The position numbers were made by a program, and so were the translations under genes. From contig CAVYJB010000002.1 in assembly GCA_963768835.1 (NCBI GenBank), positions 72,230-136,229 on the forward strand: a DNA stretch of 64,000 bases, read 5' to 3'. Below, piece by piece: positions 18,818 through 28,949 of the stretch (the first letter of the stretch is position 1; each line of letters begins with the position of its first letter). The stretch is from an uncultured bacterium (GTDB lineage Bacteria > Patescibacteriota > Minisyncoccia > UBA6257 > GWB1-50-10). The notes beneath the pieces are model-generated. The model saw only the letters and a program-made list of their open reading frames with translations. It searched no databases and was not told where the DNA came from.

Positions 18818-18867
18818 AGCCAAAAGACGTGGAGTTGCCACCTCTCCGGCGCGCCAAAAGGAGGGGT

Positions 18868-19158
18868 TGGGGGAGGAATTTGGGCGCGCCATACGCGAAG
18901 CCCCGAAGCCAGCAGGCTGAGGGGCTGAGCAAACATCTTTGGGGGGAGCTGAGCGGAGTGAAGTAGGACTTGTGATTTTGCCGGACGAGGGTCAAAAAGA
19001 TCAGCGTTTGCAGGGCAAACTGGACTTGCTACCCCTTCAAATGGACGCAGGGCGAGTGAAGGGGTAAATGAAGGGGTAAACAGTCTCGGAATGTAGGGGT
19101 AAAATGGTTAGGTCTGACCCTCGAAGAACCCTCGAGCGGATCGGTATAACGCCACAAC
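18868..19158. repeat. inverted repeat Y' (partner of 15816-16104)
   Basis: Reverse complement of repeat Y; it ends at ...ataacgCCACAA, after which flanking chromosomal sequence begins. Confidence 0.8.
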
Positions 19159-19166
19159 TTCGGTCA

Positions 19167-19211
19167 AAAGAAACCCGCCTTCGGCATGCCGAGAGGCGGG
19201 TTGGGTTTATT
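19167..19211 (-). terminator. intrinsic terminator (bidirectional-looking) at the right edge of the island
   Basis: aaacccgcc / ggcgggttt hairpin with U-runs on both strands, immediately downstream of the 19240-19762 gene on the minus strand. Confidence 0.5.
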
Positions 19212-19239
19212 GGTCGCAAGAACGATTTTGGGGGGACGC

Positions 19240-19762
19240 TTAATGCATCACTTTCCGGAGAAACGCCGGCTCTTCCTTAGGACCGGTGTCCTGAGGAGGG
19301 GTTACAAGTCTCACGGCCTGCAGCCTCAGCGGCGCCTCTTCCTCATCCGCTCCGGCATCGGAAGACGCCGTGAGCGCCCCGTCCATAATGAGGAGGGATT
19401 CCGCACATCGCCATCCTGCGTCCGCTTCTCTGTCGAGGAGGACGCCGCGCTGATGCTCCGGAAGGAGGTCCGCCTTGTCCCACTCAAGTGAGTTTTCGGG
19501 AATGCGGACGACGGGCGTCCACGATTTGGGATCTACGCCGTACCGCAGGAAGAATATCGCGTCGAAACATCGAAAAAGCTCGGCGGGGATAATCTGCCGC
19601 GTATAAACGGTGAAGTGTCCGTCCGGATCCATTTCCATGCGCCATGGAAGTTCTTCGAAGCTTTCTTTGTCGGCCGGTTCTTGGGCTTTCGTGAGATGTC
19701 GGAAGAGCATTAGAACGTCCTCTAGGATCCATCCTTTCCACGCTCCGTTCCACTTCTTCATG
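19240..19762 (-). CDS. hypothetical protein
   Basis: ORF 19240-19839; the likely start is MKKWNGAWKG at 19762; no recognised domain. Confidence 0.4.
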
Positions 19763-19857
19763 TGGGTTCCCCTTCTATGGTGATTTTTTTCGTTCGGTGT
19801 GCTACCGCCAGTGTAACCCGCCGCAGGCGTCATGCGCAAACCGCTCGCCCGGAAAAA

Positions 19858-20577
19858 TCAGGAGGAGGGGACGTCGGGGTCCCGATACCGCCCCCGGAGA
19901 AACCGCAGGAGGACCATGAGCGTCGAGAGCCCGTAGGTGACGCTTCGGGAAAGATTGACCGACGAGACGCCGTCGCGGTAGAAGCACTCCGCCGGAACCT
20001 CCGTGACGCCGTAACCGTTCGCCATCAGCCACGCGATGACCTCGCTGTCGAACACGAAATCGTCCGAGAACGACCGGTAGGGCATCCGCGCGAATAGACG
20101 GGCGTCGTAGACGCGGAGCCCGGAGTGGAACTCCGAGAGGGACGACCGGAACGCGCGGTTCTGGAGGGCGGTCAGCAGCCGGTTCCCGGCGTACTTCCAG
20201 ACGGGCATGTCGTTGCGCAGCGCGGTCCCCATGCGGGTGCCGAGCACAAGGGCGGCGCCGCCCTGCACCGCCCGGATCATCTCCGGCAGGCAACGGGTAT
20301 CGTACTGATTGTCGGGATGCACCATCACGATGACGTCGGGATTCTTCTTGCGCGCGGCGTCGTAGAGCGTCTTCTGGTTGGCGCCGTAGCCTGCGTTCTC
20401 CCGATGGCGGATGGTGGTGATACCAAGGCTCCGGCTCACCTCGTGCGTGCGGTCCTCGCTCCCGTCGTCGCAGAGAATGACCTCGTCGTAGACGGGGGGC
20501 AGCGCGCGGTGCGTGGCCGCGAGCGTGCGTTCGGCCCGGTAGGCGGGCATCACGATGATCACTTTCGTCATGGGCAT
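19858..20577 (-). CDS. family 2 glycosyltransferase (polyprenol-phosphate sugar transferase-like)
   Basis: 'KVIIVMPAYRAERTL...ILCDDGSEDRT' is a GT2 DXD-type signature; the likely start is MPMTKV, since the ORF prefix overlaps the upstream gene. Confidence 0.7.
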   Translation of the reverse strand: MPMTKVIIVMPAYRAERTLAATHRALPPVYDEVILCDDGSEDRTHEVSRSLGITTIRHRENAGYGANQKTLYDAARKKNPDVIVMVHPDNQYDTRCLPEMIRAVQGGAALVLGTRMGTALRNDMPVWKYAGNRLLTALQNRAFRSSLSEFHSGLRVYDARLFARMPYRSFSDDFVFDSEVIAWLMANGYGVTEVPAECFYRDGVSSVNLSRSVTYGLSTLMVLLRFLRGRYRDPDVPSS

Positions 20578-20590
20578 GGACGGTTCATTT

Positions 20591-22026
20591 CTAGAGGCAC
20601 GCGGACTTCGCGTAGTAGACGACGCCGCTCCCCGGGCTCGTGCTTCCACAGGAACGGTAGTGCATGCGGATGTAGGTGTCGAGGGGATTGTTATGATCGT
20701 ACCCGAACACGTCGGTGATGGCGTACCCGAGAAAAGCGAACTCGGGCGCGGCCTGCTGGAAGACCCCGATCATCCGGCTCTGGCACGCGCCGTCGCAGAG
20801 CATCAGGTTGGAGACGGGGAACGGGTTCGGCTTCCGCAGCTCGAAGTAGAAGCCGGGAAGGAACGGGCCGGCGTAGATGGACGGCGCGGCCTCGACGCGC
20901 GGGTCGTTGAAGATGCCGCCGAGACCGTGCCCCATCAGATCGACGTAGTAGATGCTGGAGTAGAAAGGGGCGACCAGCGGGGAGGGGCGGAAGAACGTAA
21001 GAAGGGCGACGGCGGCGGGCAGGAGCGCCACGTATTCGGGGTGGCGCCCGGGATGGGCGGGAAGATGGAAGGGCCATCGTCCGCGCGCGCGGGAGAGAAC
21101 CGCCGCGCTGAACACCACGCAGGGAAACGCATTGAACAGCAGGTGGTAGATATCCACGAGATTCAGGGAGCTCAGGAAGAGCGCCGCCTGCACCGCCGCG
21201 AGCGCCCAGAGCCGCCGGTCGCGCCAGCGAACCGCCGCGAGAACCATGAGGGCGACGAGGAGGACCTCCGCCGCAAGGACCGCCGGCTGGACGAGCGTGT
21301 GCGCGAGGTACGCGCCGCGCATCGGAAGAAGGAACCACGCATCGATGAGGGTGCGCCATCCCCACGCGAGGAAAAGCGGCGCGACGGGGATCAGAAATCC
21401 GAGCACCGCGGAGCCGGCGCGCGAAAAGCGGCTCCGCACATCGGCGGAACCGAACACGAGGAGAAGGACGATGGCGACCGCGAGGAGCGCCAGCCCCTTC
21501 GTCTGCAGAAAAAGAAACGTAAGACCGCTCCAGAACCCCACAGTCAGAGCCTGCGGTACGCGCGGCCGATCAATCGCGCGAAGCAACGCGTCCAGAAACC
21601 ACACAGCGACGAACGCGCTGTAGATATTGTGATTTGCCGCGACCGCCGATAGGGGGATAAGCACGAGCGCCGCGAAGAGGGCGTGCTCGGGGCGGCGCAC
21701 GACATGCTTCGTGCACTGGTAGAGACCGACCGCCGCGAGAACGAAGAAAAGAATGGAAACGAGCTTCGCTCCGACGTAGCTCGCGGCGCCGAGAAGCTTC
21801 CAGGTAAAGAAAACTACGTAGGGGGCTCCGGGAGTGATGAACTCCACGAAATCGACGTAGAGATGTTTTCCGTGCCATAGCTGCCAGGCCGCGTTCAGCA
21901 CGGTCCCTTCGTCGGAGGACAGGAGGTGCGTCGAGAACACAAGAAGCGCGATGAACGCGACGCATCCCCAAAACAAAACTGTCCGGGCAGTGCGATGGCG
22001 GGACAGGATGGTCGCGGTATCCATAG
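20591..22026 (-). CDS. polytopic membrane glycosyltransferase (PMT_2/ArnT-like, GT39/GT83-type)
   Basis: ~478-aa multi-TM protein starting MDTATILS; it lies downstream of the GT2 gene in the classic lipid-carrier glycosylation pair; family assignment rests on topology and weak motif similarity. Confidence 0.5.
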
Positions 22027-22037
22027 AGATAGCGACG

Positions 22038-22946
22038 CTATTTGCGGCGCCGGGCGTGGAACGCGCGGTGCACCTCGCGGAGTTCCTGGTTCGTGATGTG
22101 GGTATAGACCTGGGTTGTCGCAACGTTCGCGTGGCCCAGAAGCTCCTGCACGGAACGCAAGTCCGCACCGTTCACTAAAAGGTCCGTCGCGAAACTGTGG
22201 CGCAGTTGGTGAGGATGCACCCGTTTCGCGATCCCGGCTTCGCGGGCGCGGGCATCCACCATGCGCTCTACCGCCCTCGGTACGATACGCCCCGATACTT
22301 TCCCGTTCCGGCTGAGCCCCACGAAGAGCGCGGGGTCCACGTCGGGCCGCTTCTCGAGATAGGCCTTGATGGTTTTGATGGCCCCCGGCGAAAGAAACAC
22401 CACGCGGAGCTTGTCGCCTTTCCCCCGCACGGAAAGCTCTCCCCGCTCCAGATCCAGGTAACGGTCTAGGGCGCAGAGTTCCGAGAGGCGGAGGCCGGTC
22501 GAAAAGAGTGTTTCGAGGATGGCTCTGTCGCGAAGCGCGCGAAGGTCGCCTCCCTTGGGCGAAGCGAGAAGCCGCTCGAGCTCACGGTAGTCTAAAATCT
22601 CGATGTCGCGGCGCGTCACTCGCGGGAGCTCGATGGTATCAGGGGAGAGGACCCGCATCCCGCGCTTCAGAAGGTATTTTAGGAAGTTGCGGAGCGCGAT
22701 CACGTAATAGCTCTGCGTTATTTTCTTCACGTTCGTCCGCGCGAGTTTCACGCGGAATTCCCGAACCGCGTCGGCGGTGATACCCTTCGGCGCTGTGGCG
22801 CCGGAGAGCCGGAGAAAGACCGCAAGGTAGCGGCCGTAGTTCTCTCGCGTTTTCGGGGAACGGTTCTTCTCGATTTCGAGATACCCGAGATAGTCGTCTA
22901 CGAGCTTTTGAAGTTCGCTCATCCTCCCTATTATACTCTGTCGCAC
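22038..22946 (-). CDS. tyrosine site-specific recombinase, XerC/XerD family
   Basis: 302 aa; N-terminal SAM-like domain and C-terminal catalytic 'HPHQLRHSFATDLLVNGADLRSVQELLGHANVATTQVYTH' with the R..H..R..Y signature. Confidence 0.8.
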   Translation of the reverse strand: MRQSIIGRMSELQKLVDDYLGYLEIEKNRSPKTRENYGRYLAVFLRLSGATAPKGITADAVREFRVKLARTNVKKITQSYYVIALRNFLKYLLKRGMRVLSPDTIELPRVTRRDIEILDYRELERLLASPKGGDLRALRDRAILETLFSTGLRLSELCALDRYLDLERGELSVRGKGDKLRVVFLSPGAIKTIKAYLEKRPDVDPALFVGLSRNGKVSGRIVPRAVERMVDARAREAGIAKRVHPHQLRHSFATDLLVNGADLRSVQELLGHANVATTQVYTHITNQELREVHRAFHARRRK

Positions 22947-23033
22947 AATAAAATTGTCGCGACCGCGACCCCAGAAACCTTGTGGACCCCCTTCCTAGTT
23001 GTTACACTGACCTCAAACGCTCGCCCGAATTTT

Positions 23034-24323
23034 ATGGAACGAATTCTTGTTCGGATTCGGCGATCCCTCTCCGGCACGGGCATTCCTTCGGTCCGCACGG
23101 CCTGGCAACCCGAGGTTGTGATCGCGGTTGCGCTCGGCATCCTTACGCTTCTCGGGATCGGTCTCATGAATCTGGCGCTCCATTCGCAGCCCCAATATGT
23201 GCTCCTCGCCGAGGCGTTCCTCCAGGGGAAACTGCACTTTCTCACCCAACTTCCCAGCGGGGGATACGATGCCGCTTTGATGAACGGTCGCTACTACTGG
23301 CCCCTTCCTCCTTTCCCCGCCGTTCTTCTCATGCCGTTCGTGCTTCTCGGCTACGTGGTGAGAGCCCCGTTTGAGCAGGGGTATCTTCAGTTTCTCCTCG
23401 TCGTTGCGGTCGTCGTGCTTGTCTATAAGATCGCCCGACGTTTCGATTTCGCAGCGGTCGATGCAGGGGTTCTCGCCTTCGCGTTCGTCGTCGGAAGTAT
23501 GTTTTTGGGGGTCGCCTTTCTCCCGTTCTACAGCTATTTCGCCCATGTCGTCGCGACCGTTGCGCTCCTCGCCGCGCTCTTGGAATATCTAGGGAAACGC
23601 CGCTGGTGGCTTGTCGGACTGTGTATCGGAGCTGCGCTCGCGAGCCGCACCACCGCCGGTATCGCAGCTCTTTTCTTCATCGGCGACATTCTCCTCGATC
23701 GCTCCCACGGATGGGTGGAGCGATGGCGACGCGCCGTCGAATTCCTCGGGCCGTTCCTTATCGTCGCCGCTCTCCTTGCCCTCTATAACTATCTCCGCTT
23801 CGGCAACGTCCTGGAGGCGGGTTATGCGCTTCAGGTCATGCAAAACAACGCTCTTATCACCGCTCGATCGTACGGCCTCTTTTCCTTTCGGCATCTCCCC
23901 GGCAATCTTTTCTATGCGTTCTTTTCTCCTCCGGCACCGGTGTTCGCCGGCGGTTCCGGCCCCGTTCTCGCGTTTCCGTTCCTTGCGGTGAACCCGTGGG
24001 GGATGGGAATCTTCTTTACGTCCCCTTACCTCCTTCGAATGTTCTCGCTCCGCTACCGAGAGCGGTGGCAGAAAATCGCATGGATAACGGTCGCGCTCAC
24101 CGCACTCGCTGTTTTTCTTTATTACGGCGTCGGATGGATCCAGTTCGGCTACCGCTACGCGCTGGATTTTCTCCCGCTCGTCTTCGTTCTCTTTCTCTCC
24201 GCGTACCGTTCGCAGATCGGAGCGCTCTCGCGCCCCCTCCGGTGGCTCATCGTGCTCTCGGGAGCGTTTAACCTTTATCTCGTAGCGCAGTTTGCGTTGT
24301 GGGGCGCCGCGCAGCTCCACTGA
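23034..24323 (+). CDS. polytopic membrane protein, glycosyltransferase-like (GT87/DUF2029-type)
   Basis: ~430 aa with 10 or more TM helices; '[16 protein letters not shown]' resembles mannosyltransferase-like DUF2029 proteins; start taken at MERILV. Confidence 0.4.
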   Translation: MERILVRIRRSLSGTGIPSVRTAWQPEVVIAVALGILTLLGIGLMNLALHSQPQYVLLAEAFLQGKLHFLTQLPSGGYDAALMNGRYYWPLPPFPAVLLMPFVLLGYVVRAPFEQGYLQFLLVVAVVVLVYKIARRFDFAAVDAGVLAFAFVVGSMFLGVAFLPFYSYFAHVVATVALLAALLEYLGKRRWWLVGLCIGAALASRTTAGIAALFFIGDILLDRSHGWVERWRRAVEFLGPFLIVAALLALYNYLRFGNVLEAGYALQVMQNNALITARSYGLFSFRHLPGNLFYAFFSPPAPVFAGGSGPVLAFPFLAVNPWGMGIFFTSPYLLRMFSLRYRERWQKIAWITVALTALAVFLYYGVGWIQFGYRYALDFLPLVFVLFLSAYRSQIGALSRPLRWLIVLSGAFNLYLVAQFALWGAAQLH

Positions 24324-24409
24324 TTCCTCCGAAGAGAAAGGGGATGCGTTTTCCGCGGGAATACGACCATTCTTTTGACAAGTTTCGGTACCGCTGGTAC
24401 AATCAAAAT

Positions 24410-24676
24410 ATGCTTACAAAACGCCAAAAGGAGGGTGCGATAAAGGACCTCCAGCGCCACGAAAAGGACACGGGTTCCGCAGAGGTGCAAATCGGCCTTC
24501 TTACGAAGCAGATCAAAGAGCTCGCCGAGCACCTGAAGAAACACCCCAAAGACGTCCACTCCCGCCGCGGGCTTCTCATGATGGTGGGGAAGCGACGCCG
24601 TTTTCTACGGTATCTCCGTCGGGAGAACGAGAAACAGTACGAGCGTATCTCGAAGAAGCTCGCGCTGGAATTGTAG
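24410..24676 (+). CDS. rpsO: 30S ribosomal protein S15
   Basis: 89 aa, '[56 protein letters not shown]'. Confidence 0.85.
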   Translation: MLTKRQKEGAIKDLQRHEKDTGSAEVQIGLLTKQIKELAEHLKKHPKDVHSRRGLLMMVGKRRRFLRYLRRENEKQYERISKKLALEL

Positions 24677-24694
24677 AATTCCGCAGCGCATCTC

Positions 24695-25249
24695 ATGACC
24701 ACCTCGCATCCGCACCAACGCGTCGGTATCTTCATCGACGTCCAGAACGTCTATCATTCGGCAAAGAATCTCCACCACGCGCGCGTGAATTTCCGTGAGC
24801 TTATCCGCATGCTCGCGGACGGACGACCGGTCATCCGCGCGATGGCGTACGTCGTGAAAAGCGACGCCGTGCCGGGGGAGGAATCGTTCTTCGAGGCCCT
24901 GCGCCAAGCGGGCCTCGAGCTTCGTTTGAAGGACCTTCAGGTGAATGCGGATGGGTCCAAAAAAGCCGACTGGGACGTCGGCATGGCGGTGGATGCCGTC
25001 CGAATGGCGAATTTCCTGGACGTCGTCATCCTTGTGACGGGCGACGGAGACTTCGGACCGCTAATCGAATACCTCAAATGGGGGCTGGGCCGGCAGGTGG
25101 AAGTGGCGGCCTTCAGCCATTCGACTTCCGGGAAACTTCGGGAGCTCGCGGACCGCTTCACGGAGATTGAGAAGATACCGCGCCTTCTCATGAAAATCCG
25201 TCCCCCGTCGGCTTCGGAGAAAAAGTCTTTCGACGGCGGCCGCCGATAA
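24695..25249 (+). CDS. NYN-domain (LabA-like) protein
   Basis: 184 aa; 'IFIDVQNV...' and 'VVILVTGDGDF' are NYN/LabA PIN-like nuclease motifs. Confidence 0.7.
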   Translation: MTTSHPHQRVGIFIDVQNVYHSAKNLHHARVNFRELIRMLADGRPVIRAMAYVVKSDAVPGEESFFEALRQAGLELRLKDLQVNADGSKKADWDVGMAVDAVRMANFLDVVILVTGDGDFGPLIEYLKWGLGRQVEVAAFSHSTSGKLRELADRFTEIEKIPRLLMKIRPPSASEKKSFDGGRR

Positions 25250-25267
25250 TCTGCCCGATCTCACACC

Positions 25268-27316
25268 ATGCAACTCAAACACAAAACTTTTACTACGACG
25301 CTTGCGGATACGGAGCTTCATCTTGAGGTTTCCGAACTCGCCAAGCAGACAAACGCCTCCGTCGTCGCCTATCACGGGGACACGGCCCTTCTCGCGACGG
25401 TCGTGATGAGCGAAACGGACAAGGCGGGCGATTTCTTCCCCCTGACCGTGGACTACGAGGAGCGCTTCTACGCCGCCGGAAAGATCCTTGGAAGCCGCTT
25501 CGTGCGCCGCGAAGGGCGGCCCTCCGACGACGCCACGCTCTCGGCGCGTCTCATCGACCGCACCATTCGTCCGCTCTTCGATCCGCGCCTCCGCCGCGAG
25601 ATTCAGGTCACCATCACGGTCCTGGCGTACGACGAGGTGCATGACCCCGATGAGGTGGCCCTGATCGCCGTCTCGGCCGCCCTCGGTATCTCCGACATCC
25701 CCTGGAAGGGACCGGTGGCGGGAGTTCGCCACATCGAGAAAGACGCGCAGGGGAACCTCCGTTACCACTCGTTCTTCGCGGGGACCAAGGATCGCGTGAA
25801 CATGATCGAGTTCGAAGGCATCGAGGTCAGCGAGAAGGAGGCCGTCCAGGTTTTCCAAACCTCACAGAAAGAGATCCAGCGCCTCGCGACGTTCCAGGAG
25901 GGCATGATCAAGGAGATCGGGAAGCCGAAGGCCAGCGTGAATCTCGCGGAACCGGACGCCGCGCTCCGTGGAAAGGTGGAGGATTTCCTCCGGAAAGGAA
26001 TGGAAACCGCGCTCCACGCGCACACCGTTGAAGAACTCAAGCGCTCTCTTTTCGAAGCCATGACGGTCGAGAAAATTCCGCCCGAACAGTTCCCGCTTCT
26101 TGAAATGCTTTTTGAGGAAGAGCTGGACCGCTTCGTGCATCACGAAGTCATCGCACACGGGAAACGGCCCGACGGGCGCGCCCTGGACCAGATTCGTCCG
26201 CTCCACGCCGAGGTTTCGCTCCTCCGCCGCACGCACGGTTCCGCGCTCTTCATGCGGGGCGATACCCAGGTTCTCGCAGTCACGACCCTCGGGACACCCT
26301 CCGCGGAACAGCTCATCGAGACAATGGAGGCGGTCGGCACGCGGCGCTTCATGCTACACTACAACTTCCCGAAGTTCTCGACCGGCGAGGTGGGCCGTTC
26401 CCGCGGACCTGGACGCCGCGAGATCGGGCACGGGGCCCTCGCCGCGAAAGCGATCATCAACATGCTCCCCTCGAAAGACGAATTCCCCTACACCATCCGG
26501 GTCGTCGCGGAGACGCTCTCCTCGAACGGCTCCTCTTCGATGGCCTCCACCTGCGCGACGACGCTCTCTCTCATGGATGCAGGCGTGCCCCTCAAGAAAC
26601 CGGTCGCGGGCATCGCAATCGGCCTCATGTCCGACGAGAAGGGAACCTACAAGATCCTGACCGACATCCAGGGCCCGGAGGACCACTACGGAGACATGGA
26701 TTTCAAGGTGGCGGGCACCGACGCGGGCATCACGGCCATCCAGATGGACGTCAAGATCGACGGCATCACCGAGCCGATCTACATTGAAGCGCTGGAGCGC
26801 GGGCGGAAAGCGCGGCTCGAGATCCTCGAGGTCCTGCGCGGAGCCCTTCCCGCTCCGCGACCGAAGGTTTCGCCCTTCGCGCCGACCATCGTCATCATCA
26901 CCATCCCCGTCGACCGCATCGGGGAGGTCATCGGCCCGGGCGGCAAGATCATCAACGGCCTCATCGCCTCGACGGGCGGGGCGGTCTCCATCGATATCGA
27001 GCAGACCGGGAAGGTCTACGTCGCCGGGACCGACGTCGTCCAGGTGGAAAATATCGTGACCGAGATCAAATCGATCGTCCGCGACTTCGTGGTGGGGGAG
27101 ATCGTGGAGGGCCCCATCATCAAGATTCTGGACTTCGGAGCCATTGTGGACCTGGGAGGCGGTCGTGACGGCATGGCGCATGTCTCCGAGCTCAAAGAGG
27201 GCTACGTGAAGCAAGTGGAAGACGTGGTGCACCTTGGAGACCTAGTCCGCGCGAAGATCATTCGCGCCGAGAACGGTCGTATCGGCCTTTCCCTCAAGGG
27301 GGTTCCGCAGCCGTAA
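25268..27316 (+). CDS. pnp: polyribonucleotide nucleotidyltransferase (PNPase)
   Basis: 682 aa with two RNase PH domains, KH and S1 (VEGPIIKILDFGAIVDL...GMAHVSEL) domains. Confidence 0.9.
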   Translation: MQLKHKTFTTTLADTELHLEVSELAKQTNASVVAYHGDTALLATVVMSETDKAGDFFPLTVDYEERFYAAGKILGSRFVRREGRPSDDATLSARLIDRTIRPLFDPRLRREIQVTITVLAYDEVHDPDEVALIAVSAALGISDIPWKGPVAGVRHIEKDAQGNLRYHSFFAGTKDRVNMIEFEGIEVSEKEAVQVFQTSQKEIQRLATFQEGMIKEIGKPKASVNLAEPDAALRGKVEDFLRKGMETALHAHTVEELKRSLFEAMTVEKIPPEQFPLLEMLFEEELDRFVHHEVIAHGKRPDGRALDQIRPLHAEVSLLRRTHGSALFMRGDTQVLAVTTLGTPSAEQLIETMEAVGTRRFMLHYNFPKFSTGEVGRSRGPGRREIGHGALAAKAIINMLPSKDEFPYTIRVVAETLSSNGSSSMASTCATTLSLMDAGVPLKKPVAGIAIGLMSDEKGTYKILTDIQGPEDHYGDMDFKVAGTDAGITAIQMDVKIDGITEPIYIEALERGRKARLEILEVLRGALPAPRPKVSPFAPTIVIITIPVDRIGEVIGPGGKIINGLIASTGGAVSIDIEQTGKVYVAGTDVVQVENIVTEIKSIVRDFVVGEIVEGPIIKILDFGAIVDLGGGRDGMAHVSELKEGYVKQVEDVVHLGDLVRAKIIRAENGRIGLSLKGVPQP

Positions 27317-27411
27317 CGTTCGTCGTCGATTTCACGTCACACAAAAAGCGCCCGCCCTCGAGGTGGGTGTTTTCTTATCCACAGGCGCGCGCGAATTCCT
27401 TAAGTGGTATA

Positions 27412-28470
27412 ATGCATGCAATGCCAGACAATCCAATGTACGGAGGGTGGCCGCCAAAGAATCCACCGATCGGGACGGGAGAAGGAGAGGCGCCGCTCGC
27501 TCCGCCTCCGGCACCGAAGATCGACATTCGAACGATGCAATCGGACGTCCGCTCCATGCAGGAAAGCGGGGGAGGAACGCCTCAGCCGTACGCGCCAAAG
27601 GCGGCGGCACCGACCGTGAACATGGCTCCCCCGAAACCCCCCGAACCGACCCGCTCTCCTTTCCAACCTCCGCAAATCTCGAACTCGCCGGCCATGATGC
27701 CTTCCGCCGCCTCAAGGGGTCCCGCGCCGACACCCCGGAAGAAATCTCGGGCTGGTCTCTGGGTCGTTATTATTATTCTGATCCTTGCGGCGCTCGCCGC
27801 GGGTTGGTATTTCTTCTTCCCAACGCTTTTTAGTTCTCCCGCGGTCACGCCGGCACCGGTTGCGCCCGCACCCGTCACATCGACGCCTCCTGTTGCCACC
27901 CCCGCTCCTACGCCTCCCGCCGTGCATCTGACTTTTTTCAAGACGCCCGCGGACGCCACGACGGAAATGACGCTTACCGCCGTTACGCTGCCTAATATCC
28001 GAAGCTCCATCCCCTGGCTGACCGCGGCGACATCCACATTCAACGAGATTGTCTTCAAATGGGGGTCGGGCACGCTCGTGTCATTCCAGGACCTCGCGGC
28101 GCAGCTCTTTCCGACCGTGCTCACGCCCGATCTCACGAGCCAGTTTGAGAGCGACTTCACCTTCTTCACGCTTACGAACAACCGCGGCACGTGGCCCGGG
28201 CTTGTGGCGAAACTGAAGTCCGGCGTGTCGCCCGCAAGCATGGCATCGAGCGTCCAGGCCTTCGAATCCTCAACGGATATCCTGAATCTTTTCCTTCAAA
28301 CCCCGGGCAGCGCACAAGCATGGAAATCGGGCCAGACCGGAATCGCTTCGAACCGCTATGCGACGTTCGCGATGCCGGGCGCGGCGTTCAACTACGGATG
28401 GTACAACGGCTATCTCGTTCTCTCCGCCTCGTATGACGGCTTCAAGGAGGCGGTGAGCCGAACTCAGTAA
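27412..28470 (+). CDS. hypothetical membrane-anchored protein with Pro-rich N-terminal region
   Basis: ORF 27367-28470; a Pro/Ala-rich low-complexity N-terminus, a single TM (LWVVIIILILAALAAGWYFFF), then an extracytoplasmic domain of unknown function. Confidence 0.45.
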   Translation: MHAMPDNPMYGGWPPKNPPIGTGEGEAPLAPPPAPKIDIRTMQSDVRSMQESGGGTPQPYAPKAAAPTVNMAPPKPPEPTRSPFQPPQISNSPAMMPSAASRGPAPTPRKKSRAGLWVVIIILILAALAAGWYFFFPTLFSSPAVTPAPVAPAPVTSTPPVATPAPTPPAVHLTFFKTPADATTEMTLTAVTLPNIRSSIPWLTAATSTFNEIVFKWGSGTLVSFQDLAAQLFPTVLTPDLTSQFESDFTFFTLTNNRGTWPGLVAKLKSGVSPASMASSVQAFESSTDILNLFLQTPGSAQAWKSGQTGIASNRYATFAMPGAAFNYGWYNGYLVLSASYDGFKEAVSRTQ

Positions 28471-28525
28471 TTTTCTTTCGCACCTCCAGTTTGACAAATA
28501 GCCCCTCGAGGGCTATTTTTATGCG

Positions 28526-28873
28526 ATGAAAGCGCTCACGCAGGAAGAAATCGCCTACTTCAAAGAAAAACTCCGGAAAGAGCGGGCAGAAGTCGAGACG
28601 CGCCTCAAAAAAGTGAAAGTGCCGACGGATTTCGGCAACGACATCGACGGTTCCGACGAAGAAACGGATGAATCGGAGGAGTTTGGAAACCAGCTCGGCG
28701 TCCAGCGGCTTCTTGAGGAACAGCGGAATGATATCGATGCCGCGCTCGAGCGCATCGCGGCGGGAACCTATGGGATTTGCGCTTCCTGCAAGAAACCCAT
28801 CGAGCGCGAGGTCCTTGAGGTAGACCCGGAATCGGCGCTCTGCCGGAGCTGCAAGGCAAAATCCACGCCTTAG
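28526..28873 (+). CDS. DksA/TraR-family C4 zinc-finger protein
   Basis: 115 aa; coiled-coil N-terminus and 'CASCKKPIEREVLEVDPESALCRSC' zinc finger. Confidence 0.75.
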   Translation: MKALTQEEIAYFKEKLRKERAEVETRLKKVKVPTDFGNDIDGSDEETDESEEFGNQLGVQRLLEEQRNDIDAALERIAAGTYGICASCKKPIEREVLEVDPESALCRSCKAKSTP

Positions 28874-28900
28874 CGATCGGGCCTCAATTTTCCTCCGTTA

Positions 28901-28932
28901 AAAAATTGCGTCTTTGAGGCGCATCTTTTTTC
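28901..28932. terminator. bidirectional intrinsic terminator between the dksA-like gene and the M23 peptidase gene
   Basis: tgcgtc/ggcgca hairpin flanked by an A-run and a T-run. Confidence 0.4.
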
Positions 28933-28949
28933 ACACGCTTTATTTTAAC

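Larger units (their letters stand above)
12683..19158. mobile_element. tRNA-Leu-associated integrative/defence island with nested inverted repeats
   Basis: The island begins at the last bases of tRNA-Leu and ends just before the terminator of the flanking gene. It holds a large serine recombinase, an XRE HTH gene, Shedu-like, GGCT-like and GmrSD-like genes, and two inverted-repeat pairs. Its interior is AT-rich compared with the flanking genome, and all three junctions share the core CCACAA. Confidence 0.6.

Noticed and set aside
20555-21652. 365-aa + strand ORF and a 224-aa minus-strand ORF overlapping the ArnT-like gene
   Set aside because: Highly Arg/Gly/Asp-rich products without hydrophobic structure; the 478-aa polytopic membrane protein on the minus strand is the coherent reading.
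23589-24320. 243-aa minus-strand ORF (and a 177-aa one) antisense to the GT87-like membrane protein
   Set aside because: Charged low-complexity antisense ORFs; the sense strand encodes a consistent multi-TM protein.
26354-27232. 292-aa minus-strand ORF antisense to pnp
   Set aside because: pnp on the plus strand is unambiguous; the antisense ORF is Asp/Gly/Arg-rich with no motifs.
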